Shown one piece after another: positions 1 through 9,573 of a stretch of DNA of 20,534 nt (position 1 is its first letter; the number at the start of each line of letters is the position of its first letter). The DNA is taken from the IMG/VR virus record IMGVR_UViG_2718218127_000002, positions 1 to 20,534 of that record, one strand, 5' to 3'. Below the pieces are notes generated by a model. The model ran no database searches. It saw only the letters and a list, made by a program, of their open reading frames with translations, and was not told the origin of the DNA. The position numbers and the translations under genes are program-made. The DNA is from a virus (Duplodnaviria > Heunggongvirae > Uroviricota > Caudoviricetes).

Positions 1-258
1 ATGCAAACCGTTATTTTTGGTCGTTCGGGTTGCCCTTACTGTGTGCGTGCAAAAGATCTGGCTGAGAAATTGAGCAATGAACGCGATGATTTTCAGTATC
101 AGTATGTAGATATTCGTGCGGAAGGGATCACTAAAGAAGATCTACAACAAAAGGCAGGTAAACCCGTAGAAACCGTGCCGCAGATTTTTGTCGATCAGCA
201 ACATATCGGCGGCTATACCGATTTTGCTGCATGGGTGAAAGAAAATCTGGACGCCTGA
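1..258 (+). CDS. grxA: Glutaredoxin 1
   Basis: 85-aa ORF with CPYC active-site motif (GCPYCVRAKDLAEKL); translation matches my memory of E. coli GrxA essentially over its full length; ATG start, TGA stop. Confidence 0.93.
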   Translation: MQTVIFGRSGCPYCVRAKDLAEKLSNERDDFQYQYVDIRAEGITKEDLQQKAGKPVETVPQIFVDQQHIGGYTDFAAWVKENLDA

Positions 259-267
259 TCGTCTGAC

Positions 268-301
268 AAGCCCTCGCGTTGAGGGCTTTACTGATTTTTT
301 C
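268..301 (+). terminator. Putative rho-independent terminator downstream of grxA
   Basis: Inverted repeat aagccctc/gagggctt with 5-nt loop followed a few nt later by a T-run (ctgatttttt); overlaps the 3' end of the convergent ybjM. Confidence 0.5.
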
Positions 302-665
302 TGTGCTGTGGTTTAAACAAACTACTGATAAATAAGAAACACAGTGCCCCCAGCGCACACCAGAACACCGCGCTTAGTAACCATGCCAGCTCTTGCCAGA
401 ATGAGCGCGTCGGTGAAAAAAACAGCCGCATAATGAGCATCGAACAGGGTGCCGCCAGCATTGCGCCAAACAGAGGTTTCAGGACTTCTCTACGCTGTGA
501 AAAGAAGCTGGCGACTGCTCCAGGAAGAATGAAAAATAGCAAGCCGATTTCAGGATGCCCGGCAGCCCGAAAAGCGCCTTTCATGTGCGTCGCCAGAAAA
601 AGGCACACCACAATGAAGAGGACAAAACAGCAGATTGCCCCCGCCCAACGTTGTTTATGTTTCAC
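288..665 (-). CDS. ybjM: Inner membrane protein YbjM
   Basis: 125-aa strongly hydrophobic ORF (several predicted TM segments) between grxA and ybjL, matching the size and position of ybjM in the K-12 grxA-ybjM-ybjL neighbourhood (from memory). Confidence 0.8.
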   Translation of the reverse strand: MKHKQRWAGAICCFVLFIVVCLFLATHMKGAFRAAGHPEIGLLFFILPGAVASFFSQRREVLKPLFGAMLAAPCSMLIMRLFFSPTRSFWQELAWLLSAVFWCALGALCFLFISSLFKPQHRKNQ

Positions 666-934
666 TCGTTCCTCCTGACACTGCGTCTATCGAACACATT
701 TTTCGCCAGTGTGGCGTTCAGTAAGATAAAGCCGCTTCGCATTCCATGCTAATATAGGCCAACGCAATTCATATAGCCGTTGATACCTAATGTGATTACA
801 CTAGTAAAATATATTGTTACTTTACTATCGTTTAGGTGCGCTGAATGAATCTGCGCCCTGAATTCTGGTAAAAAACATTATCGTAAATTACCATTTCTTT
901 CAACAGCTTACTAGTAAACAAGAAGTTAGCCTCC

Positions 935-2620
935 GTGAATATAAACGTCGCCGAATTGTTAAATGGGAATTACATTCTGTTATTATTTGTGGTCCTCGCG
1001 CTTGGGCTATGTCTCGGAAAGTTACGACTTGGTTCGATCCAACTGGGTAATTCCATTGGCGTTTTAGTCGTATCGCTGTTATTAGGCCAACAACATTTCA
1101 GCATTAACACCGATGCGCTTAATCTTGGCTTTATGCTGTTTATTTTCTGCGTCGGGGTCGAAGCCGGACCGAACTTTTTTTCCATTTTTTTTCGCGATGG
1201 GAAAAATTACCTAATGTTAGCACTGGTGATGGTTGGCAGTGCGCTGGTGATCGCCTTAGGGTTAGGTAAGCTGTTTGGCTGGGATATTGGCCTGACGGCC
1301 GGTATGTTAGCAGGCTCTATGACGTCGACACCGGTTCTGGTCGGTGCTGGCGATACACTGCGTCATTCCGGCATGGAAAGCAGGCAGCTCTCACTGGCAC
1401 TGGATAATCTGAGCCTCGGGTATGCCTTAACCTATTTAATCGGTCTGGTGAGTTTGATTGTTGGTGCGCGTTACTTGCCGAAATTGCAGCATCAGGACTT
1501 ACAGACCAGCGCCCAGCAAATCGCCCGCGAACGTGGCCTGGACACTGATGCCAACCGTAAGGTTTATTTACCGGTGATCCGCGCCTATCGCGTCGGCCCG
1601 GAACTGGTGGCCTGGACCGACGGCAAAAATCTGCGTGAACTGGGTATTTATCGACAAACCGGCTGCTACATTGAACGTATTCGACGTAACGGGATTCTGG
1701 CAAATCCAGACGGTGATGCCGTGCTACAAATGGGCGATGAAATAGCGTTGGTAGGCTATCCCGACGCCCATGCCCGACTCGATCCCAGCTTCCGTAACGG
1801 TAAAGAAGTTTTCGATCGTGACCTTCTCGACATGCGTATCGTCACTGAAGAAGTGGTCGTTAAAAACCATAACGCTGTAGGTAAACGTCTCGCACAACTG
1901 AAGTTGACCGATCACGGTTGCTTCCTTAACCGCGTCATTCGTAGCCAGATTGAGATGCCGATAGATGACAACGTCGTGCTTAACAAAGGTGACGTTTTAC
2001 AAGTCAGCGGCGATGCCCGCCGCGTAAAAACCATCGCCGATCGCATCGGCTTTATCTCGATTCACAGCCAGGTCACTGACCTGCTGGCATTCTGCGCCTT
2101 CTTTGTTATTGGGCTGATGATCGGGATGATCACCTTCCAGTTCAGCACATTCAGTTTCGGCATGGGGAACGCTGCCGGGTTGTTATTCGCCGGAATTATG
2201 CTGGGCTTTATGCGTGCTAACCACCCGACCTTCGGTTACATTCCGCAGGGTGCATTAAGCATGGTGAAAGAGTTCGGCTTGATGGTGTTTATGGCAGGCG
2301 TTGGTCTGAGCGCCGGTAGCGGTATTAATAACGGCCTGGGCGCGATTGGCGGTCAGATGTTGATTGCCGGATTGATTGTCAGTCTGGTGCCCGTGGTTAT
2401 CTGTTTCTTGTTCGGTGCTTATGTATTGCGAATGAACCGCGCGCTGTTGTTCGGCGCAATGATGGGCGCACGTACCTGCGCGCCGGCAATGGAGATCATC
2501 AGTGATACAGCTCGCAGTAACATCCCGGCGCTGGGCTATGCGGGCACCTATGCAATCGCCAACGTCCTGCTGACGCTGGCAGGGACAATCATCGTCATGG
2601 TATGGCCAGGATTAGGATAA
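935..2620 (+). CDS. ybjL: Putative AAE-family transport protein YbjL
   Basis: 561-aa ORF with GTG start (gtg aat ata aac = M N I N); hydrophobic N- and C-terminal transporter halves flanking central soluble repeated domains; sequence and size match my memory of YbjL. Confidence 0.88.
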
Positions 2621-2732
2621 AACTGAAGTTGCCCTGAAAATGAAATTTTTTTGCACAACCGCAGAACTTTTCCGCAGGGCATCAGTCTTAATTAGTGCCA
2701 CTGCTTTTCTTTGATGTCCCCATTTTGTGGAG

Positions 2733-2777
2733 CCCATCAACCCCGCCATTTCGGTTCAAGGTTGATGGGTTTTTTGT
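2733..2777 (+). terminator. Putative rho-independent terminator downstream of ybjL
   Basis: cccatcaacc ... ggttgatggg inverted repeat followed by ttttttg. Confidence 0.5.
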
Positions 2778-2833
2778 TGCCTGAAATTTATACTGTTTAA
2801 AATCATGATGTTAGAAGCACTGTTTTTTAACGA

Positions 2834-2855
2834 TGGCGACAAAATGGCGGCAGCG
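2834..2855. repeat. Putative att core copy (ogr-proximal prophage/host junction)
   Basis: tggcgacaaaatggcggcagcg directly abutting the ogr stop codon; 21/22 identical to 20495-20516 (tggcgacaaagtggcggcagcg) inside the 3' end of int. Confidence 0.5.
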
Positions 2856-3074
2856 TCAAAGAGAGAGCGCCACCTGTCCTGATTTCATTGGATGCGGCTG
2901 AACCGGATTTGACTCTTTTGGCGTTGCAATCGAACGAACAAAAGTTTCATGGGTAACAAAAGTATGGCTGCAGTTAATGTTCTGGCACTGGTTGTAACGC
3001 TCTTTGGTCAATGAAGATACCTGAAAACTGCTGCGAGTATGGGCGGCACTTCCACACAGTGGGCAAATCATCAT
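2856..3074 (-). CDS. ogr: Ogr/Delta-family zinc-finger late-gene transcriptional activator
   Basis: 72 aa from ATG at 3074 with GGGAGA about 9 nt upstream; CPLCGSAAH...CQNINCSHTF matches the C2C2 zinc-finger pattern of P2 Ogr (CPLCQHAAH...CQNVNCSATF from memory). The longer 83-aa track ORF adds an N-terminal extension without an SD. Confidence 0.85.
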   Translation of the reverse strand: MMICPLCGSAAHTRSSFQVSSLTKERYNQCQNINCSHTFVTHETFVRSIATPKESNPVQPHPMKSGQVALSL

Positions 3075-3164
3075 TTTTCGAGTTCTCCCCATTTTTGCTA
3101 AATTCACAATAATGATACCGTATTATTCCATTTTGCAAACTTAAAAGCTCTCCATTGCGAAGAA

Positions 3165-4265
3165 TCATTCCATTTCGAAATCATCAATCCTCACTTCAAG
3201 CTCCAGACTGGTCGTAAAACCGTTATCCGGGCTGACGGTATGTGTCAGAGTCGTAATGGTCCATTCCGCATCATCTATCGGCTGTTTAAAGCCACTGACC
3301 TTCACGGGCATTTCCGTGTAGAGATCTGCCCGCCCTTCCGCCAGTTGTAGCGAGAATGACGCAACGCCGCGTTGCAGGCGTTCCCACTGCATTTTCGCCG
3401 CTCGTTCGGCGTTGCTCCGGTTGGCATAAGTGCGATTAAGTACCAGCACGTTTTCATCCGTACCCACCAGGTAATCGCCCTGCTTCGCTTCCGGCTCTTT
3501 CTTCTGCTTCTTAGTCCTGCGCTTACGCTTCACCGTGGTGCTTTCTTTCTTCGCGGGTTCGCGGGTATGCAACCAACTGGCAATTACGCCCGTATAGGCT
3601 CCGCGATCTGCCAGGGTAAAGCGGTGACTGTCGCCGTCCTTACGTGTGATAGTGATCACCGGTAGTGGTTTACCGCTGGCGCTTTTACCCTGTCCCTGCC
3701 GGATGAATAACAGATTGCCATTTTTCACCGACGCAATAGCACCGTACTGGCGCGCCAGCCGCATCAGAAAACTGCCGTCACTCTCATTGGTCTGGTCTAT
3801 ATGTTCCACGGGTTTATCTGACAGGTCTTTACCCAGTGCCATCTTCAGTTTGTGCCGCACAGCTATTTCCTTCACCACTTCCCCGACAGTGGTCTTGTGC
3901 CACGACTTTTCACGGCGGGTATTCAGCGTTTCCCGAAAATCAGCACTTCGCGCCCGGATAGTCAGGCGGTCCGGTGCGCCAGTGTGTTCAATCTCGTCCA
4001 CCGTGAATGCCCCTTTCGGGAAAAGCGGCTGCCCCTTCCAGCCCAGCGCCAGCGTAATGACCGCACCACGGCGCGGCAGCGCTATTTTTCCATCGGCGTC
4101 GTCCAGCTCCAGATCAAGCTGGTCCGCTTCAAAGCCCCGATTATCCGTCAGCGTCAGACTCATCAGGCGGTTATCCAGCACAGTGGTGATATCCCTGCCC
4201 TCAATACTGATGCTGAATGCGGGAGTTTTGTTGCCTTTGTTAAGCAGTTCAGAGCTGAAATTCAC
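3165..4265 (-). CDS. D: P2 gpD-like tail protein (late control gene D)
   Basis: 366-aa ORF immediately upstream of ogr and downstream of U, size and position as P2 D; GTG start directly after U stop; lysine-rich segment KRKRRTKKQKKEPE typical of this family. Confidence 0.8.
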   Translation of the reverse strand: MNFSSELLNKGNKTPAFSISIEGRDITTVLDNRLMSLTLTDNRGFEADQLDLELDDADGKIALPRRGAVITLALGWKGQPLFPKGAFTVDEIEHTGAPDRLTIRARSADFRETLNTRREKSWHKTTVGEVVKEIAVRHKLKMALGKDLSDKPVEHIDQTNESDGSFLMRLARQYGAIASVKNGNLLFIRQGQGKSASGKPLPVITITRKDGDSHRFTLADRGAYTGVIASWLHTREPAKKESTTVKRKRRTKKQKKEPEAKQGDYLVGTDENVLVLNRTYANRSNAERAAKMQWERLQRGVASFSLQLAEGRADLYTEMPVKVSGFKQPIDDAEWTITTLTHTVSPDNGFTTSLELEVRIDDFEME

Positions 4266-4747
4266 GACAGCAGCCCTCCCACCGTTTTACTGATATCGCT
4301 TAAGGCAGACGTTGCCGTGTCCTGCAGATTATTCAGTTGCGCACTGAGATCACCGAACATATCGGACAATGATTCATCCACCCTTTTGAGCGACAGGGTG
4401 AACTCAATCCGGCGCGGCATACCGTCGCGGAAAAACTCCGTTTTAGTCTGATTCAGTCCCTCAATCACATACATGCCATAAATCGTGCCGCTGCCTTCAA
4501 TCAGGGGCCATGCTTTCCCCTGTTCTGCCATCTGCTCCAGTGCCAGCAACGACAGCCTGCCACCTGTTATCTCCGGCATAAGAACACCGGAAAGCGTCAG
4601 CATGTCGTTGTCCGGTCCCAGAAACTGCGTGGACGGACGTCGGTTTACCCGGCTGTTTGCCGCATGTCGCCAGCTGCGTTGATACTGCAGCTCCTGATAC
4701 GGCACGGTGCGCAGCATAAACACGTACAATCCCAGCACCATCATCAT
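4262..4747 (-). CDS. U: P2 gpU-like tail protein
   Basis: 161-aa ORF between T and D, ATGA start/stop overlap with T; size and position as P2 U. Confidence 0.8.
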   Translation of the reverse strand: MMMVLGLYVFMLRTVPYQELQYQRSWRHAANSRVNRRPSTQFLGPDNDMLTLSGVLMPEITGGRLSLLALEQMAEQGKAWPLIEGSGTIYGMYVIEGLNQTKTEFFRDGMPRRIEFTLSLKRVDESLSDMFGDLSAQLNNLQDTATSALSDISKTVGGLLS

Positions 4748-7700
4748 GCGTCGTATCCCCCCTGATCGCTGTAGTTACTCCTGGCTTTTGCCTTCAGCCT
4801 GCGTTCACGTTCATCAAGCTGGCGGGCCACCTCCCGCGCAATATCCTGCGCACTTTGTCCTGGCTGCGTCTGAATGATGATCTGCATCGGTGCCTCAATC
4901 CGTTGAACGGGCGGCACAGTGGCTGCACGACTCACCATCGCTTCGCCGCCTTTCGCGGGAAGTGCCAAAGGGTGCAACGGTGGAAGCTCTGCAGGCGCGG
5001 CAGCAACGCCCATCATTCCGGCAACAACGGCAGCCAGTGCAGCTGTATTTCTCCGGCTGGTCACATTTGCCGGGCCGTTAACAATTTCCGGCCCGTTTTC
5101 ACCGACGATGCCAAACTGCCCGCGCGGGATATAGCCGCCGCTGTCATACATCCCCGCAAAGCCATATCCCCATGATGGAAAACCACCCGATGGCATCATC
5201 ACTTTACCGTCTGCATTCACCGTCGCAGGTTGCTGACGCGTCACGCTTTCCGGCAGTTTTGCCTTTGCGGCCTCTTTACTGACAATGCCGAGCTTCTCCA
5301 GCAACCAGGAAACGCCGGATTTCAGGGAGTCCAGCGGATGCATGACCATATTCAGCCCTTCCGCCAGTGCCTCCCCGAATCGCCGCCCCATTGCCGCTGC
5401 GCTCTGCAGTTCGGCAGAGGTCGACTTAACGGGCGTCAGCAGATCAGTAAACCAGCCCCACAGCGCCTGCACTTTGTCGCCAATCCACTGGAACACGGGC
5501 TTAAGCGGTTCGAACGCTGCACTGATGGGACCTGCCGCCGCTTTGAATCCTTCCACCACGCCACCGAGAAATGCGGTGATGGGTTGCCAGTATTTCCAGA
5601 CAACCAGCGCCACGCCCGCCAGTGCAGTAACCACAAGACCTATCGGACTGAGCAGAGCACCTAACAGACCAGATATGGCATACAGGGCAACGCGCAGCAT
5701 CGCCAGTGGACCAGATGCCAGTACTCGCAGCACCGTGCCTGCGGCGGCCAGTCCACCGCGCAGTACCGCCAGAGGATTCATAAACATCACAGCAACAGCA
5801 CGTAAACCGGATAATCCAGACCGCAAAAGTGCAACCGGCGCACCTGCTACAGTTTTCAGGACATTTCCCGTCAGTGATGCCGTGCGGCGCAAAGACGACA
5901 ACGGCGCAGTAAGTAAACCTGCGGCGTTGCCCGATGAAGCAAGCCCGCGTCGCAGCAGTGCCAGTGGTGCGCCAGCCAGCCAGGACAACGCGCTGCTGGT
6001 TCGAGTTACTGCTGCCGTAACGGAAGATAACGTTTTGATACCCAACACAGAGAATCCCAGACGGATCACTGCCAGCGGCCCCAGCACTGCAGCCAGCGCC
6101 ACCGCTAAGGTGCCGAGGCCGACGGTAACCGCAGCCACAACAGCCGATGCTTTCATCAGTGTGCCTGTCAGTTCCGGGTTAGCTTCCACCCAGCGGCGCA
6201 ACGCTCCCGTGATGCTTTTCACCGTGTACAGAATATCCATCAGCGGCTGGCGCAGCGTTTCGCCCAGGCTGCTGAAGGTGTTCTGCGCTCCGGTTTTGAC
6301 CAGCAACCACTGCGCAGAAAGTGAATCCTTGTTAATGTCGGATTCTTTCTGCATGGAGCCAAGCGCATCATTGCCCGCTGTCAGTTTTAACTGACGCTGC
6401 AGTTCCGGCAGGTTGTTTGCCAGTTTCGCCGCGTCATCGCCAAACTCTTTACCAAACAACATAGTCATGGCAGACAGGCGCTTGTCCTGCGGCAGCGCGT
6501 TTACCTTCTCCAGCACGCGCTGGATGGTTCCCATCGCATCCTTCGTCATCTGCTTTTCAATCACTTCAGGATTGAGTTTCAGCAGATTCATCCCTTCAAA
6601 GAAACTCTTGCTTTGCATGGTGGCAATGGACAATTCACGCACCATCGCGTTTGCTGCACTGGCTGCAACCTCTGGCGCAGCGCCCAGTGTCAGGAAGGTG
6701 GAACCCAGCGCCGCCGCTTTACGATAATCCAGACGGTCAGCCACACCGCCCAGACGTTGCATCACATCAATGATGTCTGCCCCTTTCGACATGGCGTTAT
6801 CATCCAGATAGTTCAGCGCATCACCGAGCTGTTCAATATTGCGGGTGGGGATTTTGTAGAGCTGGGCGATTTTCCCCAGACTTTCTGACAGTTCATCCGC
6901 TGGCAGCTCAAAGGCTGTTGCCGCCTTTGCTGCCGTACTGGCGAAGGCCAGCAGGTCACGTTTCTGATCTTCCCAGCTGTCGTCAGGGTTTGCGACGTTC
7001 ATGCGCGCACCACCTTCAACCAGTGCAGCGAAGTCCACCGCACCGTTTTCCATCGGCAACTGTTCGCTGGCAGCCTTGATGGCATCCTGCATTTCATAAA
7101 AACGTGCAGTGCGGTTGCCATTATCGTCACGCAGACCATTGACCTGCTTTGCCACACCTTTCATGGCATCTTCCATGCTGGTATAGCTTTTTACTGCCGC
7201 CATCACTGGCGCACCCATTGCCAGCCCTGCAGCCGTGGTGGTGGCTCCGGCACCTGCAATACGATCACGCACCTCCAGCGAACGGGCATAACTGGCACGC
7301 GCTGCATTCATCCTGCGCTGAGCTTCCCCCAGTCGCTTCAGCCGCGCCTCCTGTTTCGAAAGTTCCTGGTTATAACGTGATGTTTCACGGGCTAAACGGG
7401 CAGTTGCTCCCGCATCGTCTTTCGCAGAAATTCCCGCCCGGTACAGTTCAGCACGCACAAGCGCCGTCTGCTGCTGCAGCTTTTTCTGGCGTTCTTCCAG
7501 GCGCTGAACAGCCAGCCGTTGACGGCCCAGAGCAACAACCTGACGTTGCGAAGGCGGCCCCATCGCTCCCAGTTCCTGACTGAGCAAATTTGCACGCTGG
7601 CGGGCATAGTTCAGCCTGTCGCCTAATTTCTGATTTTCTGCCTGCAGCTTTCGGAAGCTGTCCAGACTGCTCCCGGCCTGATCAAGCTGCTTTATTGCAT

Positions 7701-7821
7701 CGCGGGATTTTTTGACAGCAGCAGCCAGTTCTCTTGAACTGGCCTGCGCAGATCGAAATGGGCGGGTGAGCTTGTCAACCGCATTAAGAATGACCTGCAG
7801 ACGCAGGTTGTTATCACTCAT
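4744..7821 (-). CDS. T: Tail tape-measure protein (P2 gpT-like)
   Basis: 1025-aa ORF; N-terminal coiled-coil-like region rich in Q/R/A/L, central hydrophobic Ala/Leu/Gly-rich repeat block, position upstream of U and D; ATG start at 7821. Confidence 0.85.
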   Translation of the reverse strand: MSDNNLRLQVILNAVDKLTRPFRSAQASSRELAAAVKKSRDAIKQLDQAGSSLDSFRKLQAENQKLGDRLNYARQRANLLSQELGAMGPPSQRQVVALGRQRLAVQRLEERQKKLQQQTALVRAELYRAGISAKDDAGATARLARETSRYNQELSKQEARLKRLGEAQRRMNAARASYARSLEVRDRIAGAGATTTAAGLAMGAPVMAAVKSYTSMEDAMKGVAKQVNGLRDDNGNRTARFYEMQDAIKAASEQLPMENGAVDFAALVEGGARMNVANPDDSWEDQKRDLLAFASTAAKAATAFELPADELSESLGKIAQLYKIPTRNIEQLGDALNYLDDNAMSKGADIIDVMQRLGGVADRLDYRKAAALGSTFLTLGAAPEVAASAANAMVRELSIATMQSKSFFEGMNLLKLNPEVIEKQMTKDAMGTIQRVLEKVNALPQDKRLSAMTMLFGKEFGDDAAKLANNLPELQRQLKLTAGNDALGSMQKESDINKDSLSAQWLLVKTGAQNTFSSLGETLRQPLMDILYTVKSITGALRRWVEANPELTGTLMKASAVVAAVTVGLGTLAVALAAVLGPLAVIRLGFSVLGIKTLSSVTAAVTRTSSALSWLAGAPLALLRRGLASSGNAAGLLTAPLSSLRRTASLTGNVLKTVAGAPVALLRSGLSGLRAVAVMFMNPLAVLRGGLAAAGTVLRVLASGPLAMLRVALYAISGLLGALLSPIGLVVTALAGVALVVWKYWQPITAFLGGVVEGFKAAAGPISAAFEPLKPVFQWIGDKVQALWGWFTDLLTPVKSTSAELQSAAAMGRRFGEALAEGLNMVMHPLDSLKSGVSWLLEKLGIVSKEAAKAKLPESVTRQQPATVNADGKVMMPSGGFPSWGYGFAGMYDSGGYIPRGQFGIVGENGPEIVNGPANVTSRRNTAALAAVVAGMMGVAAAPAELPPLHPLALPAKGGEAMVSRAATVPPVQRIEAPMQIIIQTQPGQSAQDIAREVARQLDERERRLKAKARSNYSDQGGYDA

Positions 7822-7879
7822 CGTTGGCCCCGCTTCTCTGAATCGCTTTATACCGCCATTCCAGCACTTCGGTCAGGCG

Positions 7880-8497
7880 TGCATGGTGGACAGCTGGGAA
7901 GTCTGGACCGACTTTCATGCACTGGCCCTGCGCCCGTTTGGCTGGCGCGAAGTATGGATCGGTTATGACCCCGCAAAAGGTACTCAGAACGGCGACAGTG
8001 CCGGATGCGTGGTGGTGGCACCGCCAGCCGTACCGGGCGGTAAATTCCGCATTCTTGAGCGTCACCAGTGGCGCGGGATGGACTTCCGCGCTCAGGCTGA
8101 CGCCATCAAAAAACTGACCGAACAGTACAACGTGACTTATATCGGTATCGACTCAACCGGCGTTGGTCACGGGGTTTACGAGAACGTGAAAGCATTCTTT
8201 CCTGCCGTCCGGGAGTTTGTCTACAACCCCAACGTTAAAAACGCCCTGGTGCTCAAGGCCTACGACATTATCAGCCACCGCCGTCTGGAGTTTGACGCCG
8301 GACACACCGACATTGCGCAGTCATTCATGGCAATCCGTCGCGCCACCACCGCCAGCGGCAACCGCCCGACCTATGAAGCCAGCCGCAGCGAAGAAGCCAG
8401 CCATGCCGATCTGGCCTGGGCAACAATGCACGCACTGTTTAACGAACCGCTGCAAGGCGAGTCCGCCAATACCAGCAATATTGTGGAGATTTTTTGA
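7880..8497 (+). pseudogene. P: 5'-truncated terminase large (ATPase/nuclease) subunit gene, P2 gpP-like, C-terminal nuclease domain only
   Basis: Open frame encodes only about 200-260 aa with RNaseH-like nuclease-domain acidic motifs (WIGYDPAKG, YIGIDSTGVG, SHADLAWA) and an ATGA overlap with the Q start, as in P2 P-Q; the N-terminal ATPase domain is absent and the frame runs into the divergent T gene start. The 5' boundary is approximate. Confidence 0.7.
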
Positions 8498-9522
8498 TGG
8501 GAAAGAGTAAGAAGAACCGCGCTGCGGCGACGAAACAGATCCAGCTTAAAAGTCAAACTACAGCCGAAGCATTCAGCTTCGGCGATCCCGTTCCTGTTCT
8601 GGACCGCCGAGAACTGCTGGACTATGTGGAATGCGTACAGACAGATCGCTGGTATGAGCCGCCAGTAAGCTTTGACGGACTGGCGCGCACCTTCCGCGCC
8701 GCCGTGCATCACAGTTCACCAATTGCGGTGAAATGCAACATTCTGACCAGTACCTACATCCCTCACCCGCTGCTCAGCCAGCAGGCTTTTTCACGTTTTG
8801 TGCAGGACTATCTGGTATTTGGTAACGCCTACCTGGAGAAACGCACGAACCGCTTCGGTGAAGTTATCGCCCTTGAGCCTGCTCTGGCAAAATACACCCG
8901 ACGCGGGTTAGACCTGGATACCTACTGGTTTGTGCAATACGGTATGACAACCCAGCCGTATCAGTTCACGAAAGGCAGCATTTTTCATCTGATGGAACCG
9001 GACATTAACCAGGAGATCTACGGCCTGCCCGGCTATCTTTCTGCCATTCCGTCCGCCCTGCTCAATGAGTCCGCCACGCTGTTCCGCCGCAAGTATTACA
9101 TTAACGGTAGTCATGCAGGCTTCATCATGTACATGACCGATGCTGCGCAGAACCAGGAGGACGTGAACAACCTCCGCAATGCAATGAAAAGTGCCAAAGG
9201 TCCGGGTAACTTCCGCAACCTGTTTATGTACTCGCCTAACGGCAAAAAGGACGGGCTTCAGATTATCCCGTTGTCAGAGGTGGCGGCGAAGGATGAGTTT
9301 TTGAATATCAAGAACGTGAGCCGCGATGACATGATGGCTGCGCACCGCGTGCCGCCGCAAATGATGGGGATTATGCCTAATAATGTTGGAGGGTTTGGGG
9401 ATGTGGAGAAGGCCGCAAATGTGTTTGTGCGCAATGAACTTTTGCCATTACAGAAACGCATGGAGGAGTTAAACCATTGGCTGGGTGAGAAAGTTATTGC
9501 ATTTTCATCCTATTGTTTATGA
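8497..9522 (+). CDS. Q: Portal protein (P2 gpQ-like)
   Basis: 341 aa from ATG at 8497 (GGAG 8 nt upstream, overlaps P stop); size and position match P2 Q downstream of P. Confidence 0.8.
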   Translation: MGKSKKNRAAATKQIQLKSQTTAEAFSFGDPVPVLDRRELLDYVECVQTDRWYEPPVSFDGLARTFRAAVHHSSPIAVKCNILTSTYIPHPLLSQQAFSRFVQDYLVFGNAYLEKRTNRFGEVIALEPALAKYTRRGLDLDTYWFVQYGMTTQPYQFTKGSIFHLMEPDINQEIYGLPGYLSAIPSALLNESATLFRRKYYINGSHAGFIMYMTDAAQNQEDVNNLRNAMKSAKGPGNFRNLFMYSPNGKKDGLQIIPLSEVAAKDEFLNIKNVSRDDMMAAHRVPPQMMGIMPNNVGGFGDVEKAANVFVRNELLPLQKRMEELNHWLGEKVIAFSSYCL

Positions 9523-9531
9523 GATATAAAT

Positions 9532-9573
9532 TGGTGGCCTTAATTATATAGCCACCATATTGCTTTTTATTTT
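9532..9573. terminator. Putative terminator between convergent Q and TIR gene
   Basis: tggtggc / gccacca inverted repeat with AT-rich loop followed by tattgctttttatttt on the + strand. Confidence 0.4.

Noticed and set aside
131-678. Overlapping ORFs 131-358 (-), 433-678 (+) and 555-752 (+) around grxA/ybjM
   Set aside because: Alternative frames of the grxA and ybjM coding regions; the annotated genes match known proteins and these frames show no protein-like features.
2856-3107. Long (83-aa) form of ogr starting at 3107
   Set aside because: The Ogr family begins at the M-x-x-C-P-L-C zinc-finger motif; ATG 3074 has a proper GGGAGA SD whereas the upstream ATG does not.
3372-4451. Plus-strand ORFs (97, 215 and 199 aa) antisense to D and U
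   Set aside because: Embedded antisense in the D/U coding region, compositionally biased (Ser/Arg/Leu-rich), no start-site support.
5285-6394. 369-aa plus-strand ORF (and neighbouring plus-strand ORFs 4855-5664) antisense to the tape-measure gene
   Set aside because: Low-complexity Ala/Ser/Pro/Arg-rich translations typical of antisense frames of GC-rich coding sequence; fully contained within the well-supported T gene.
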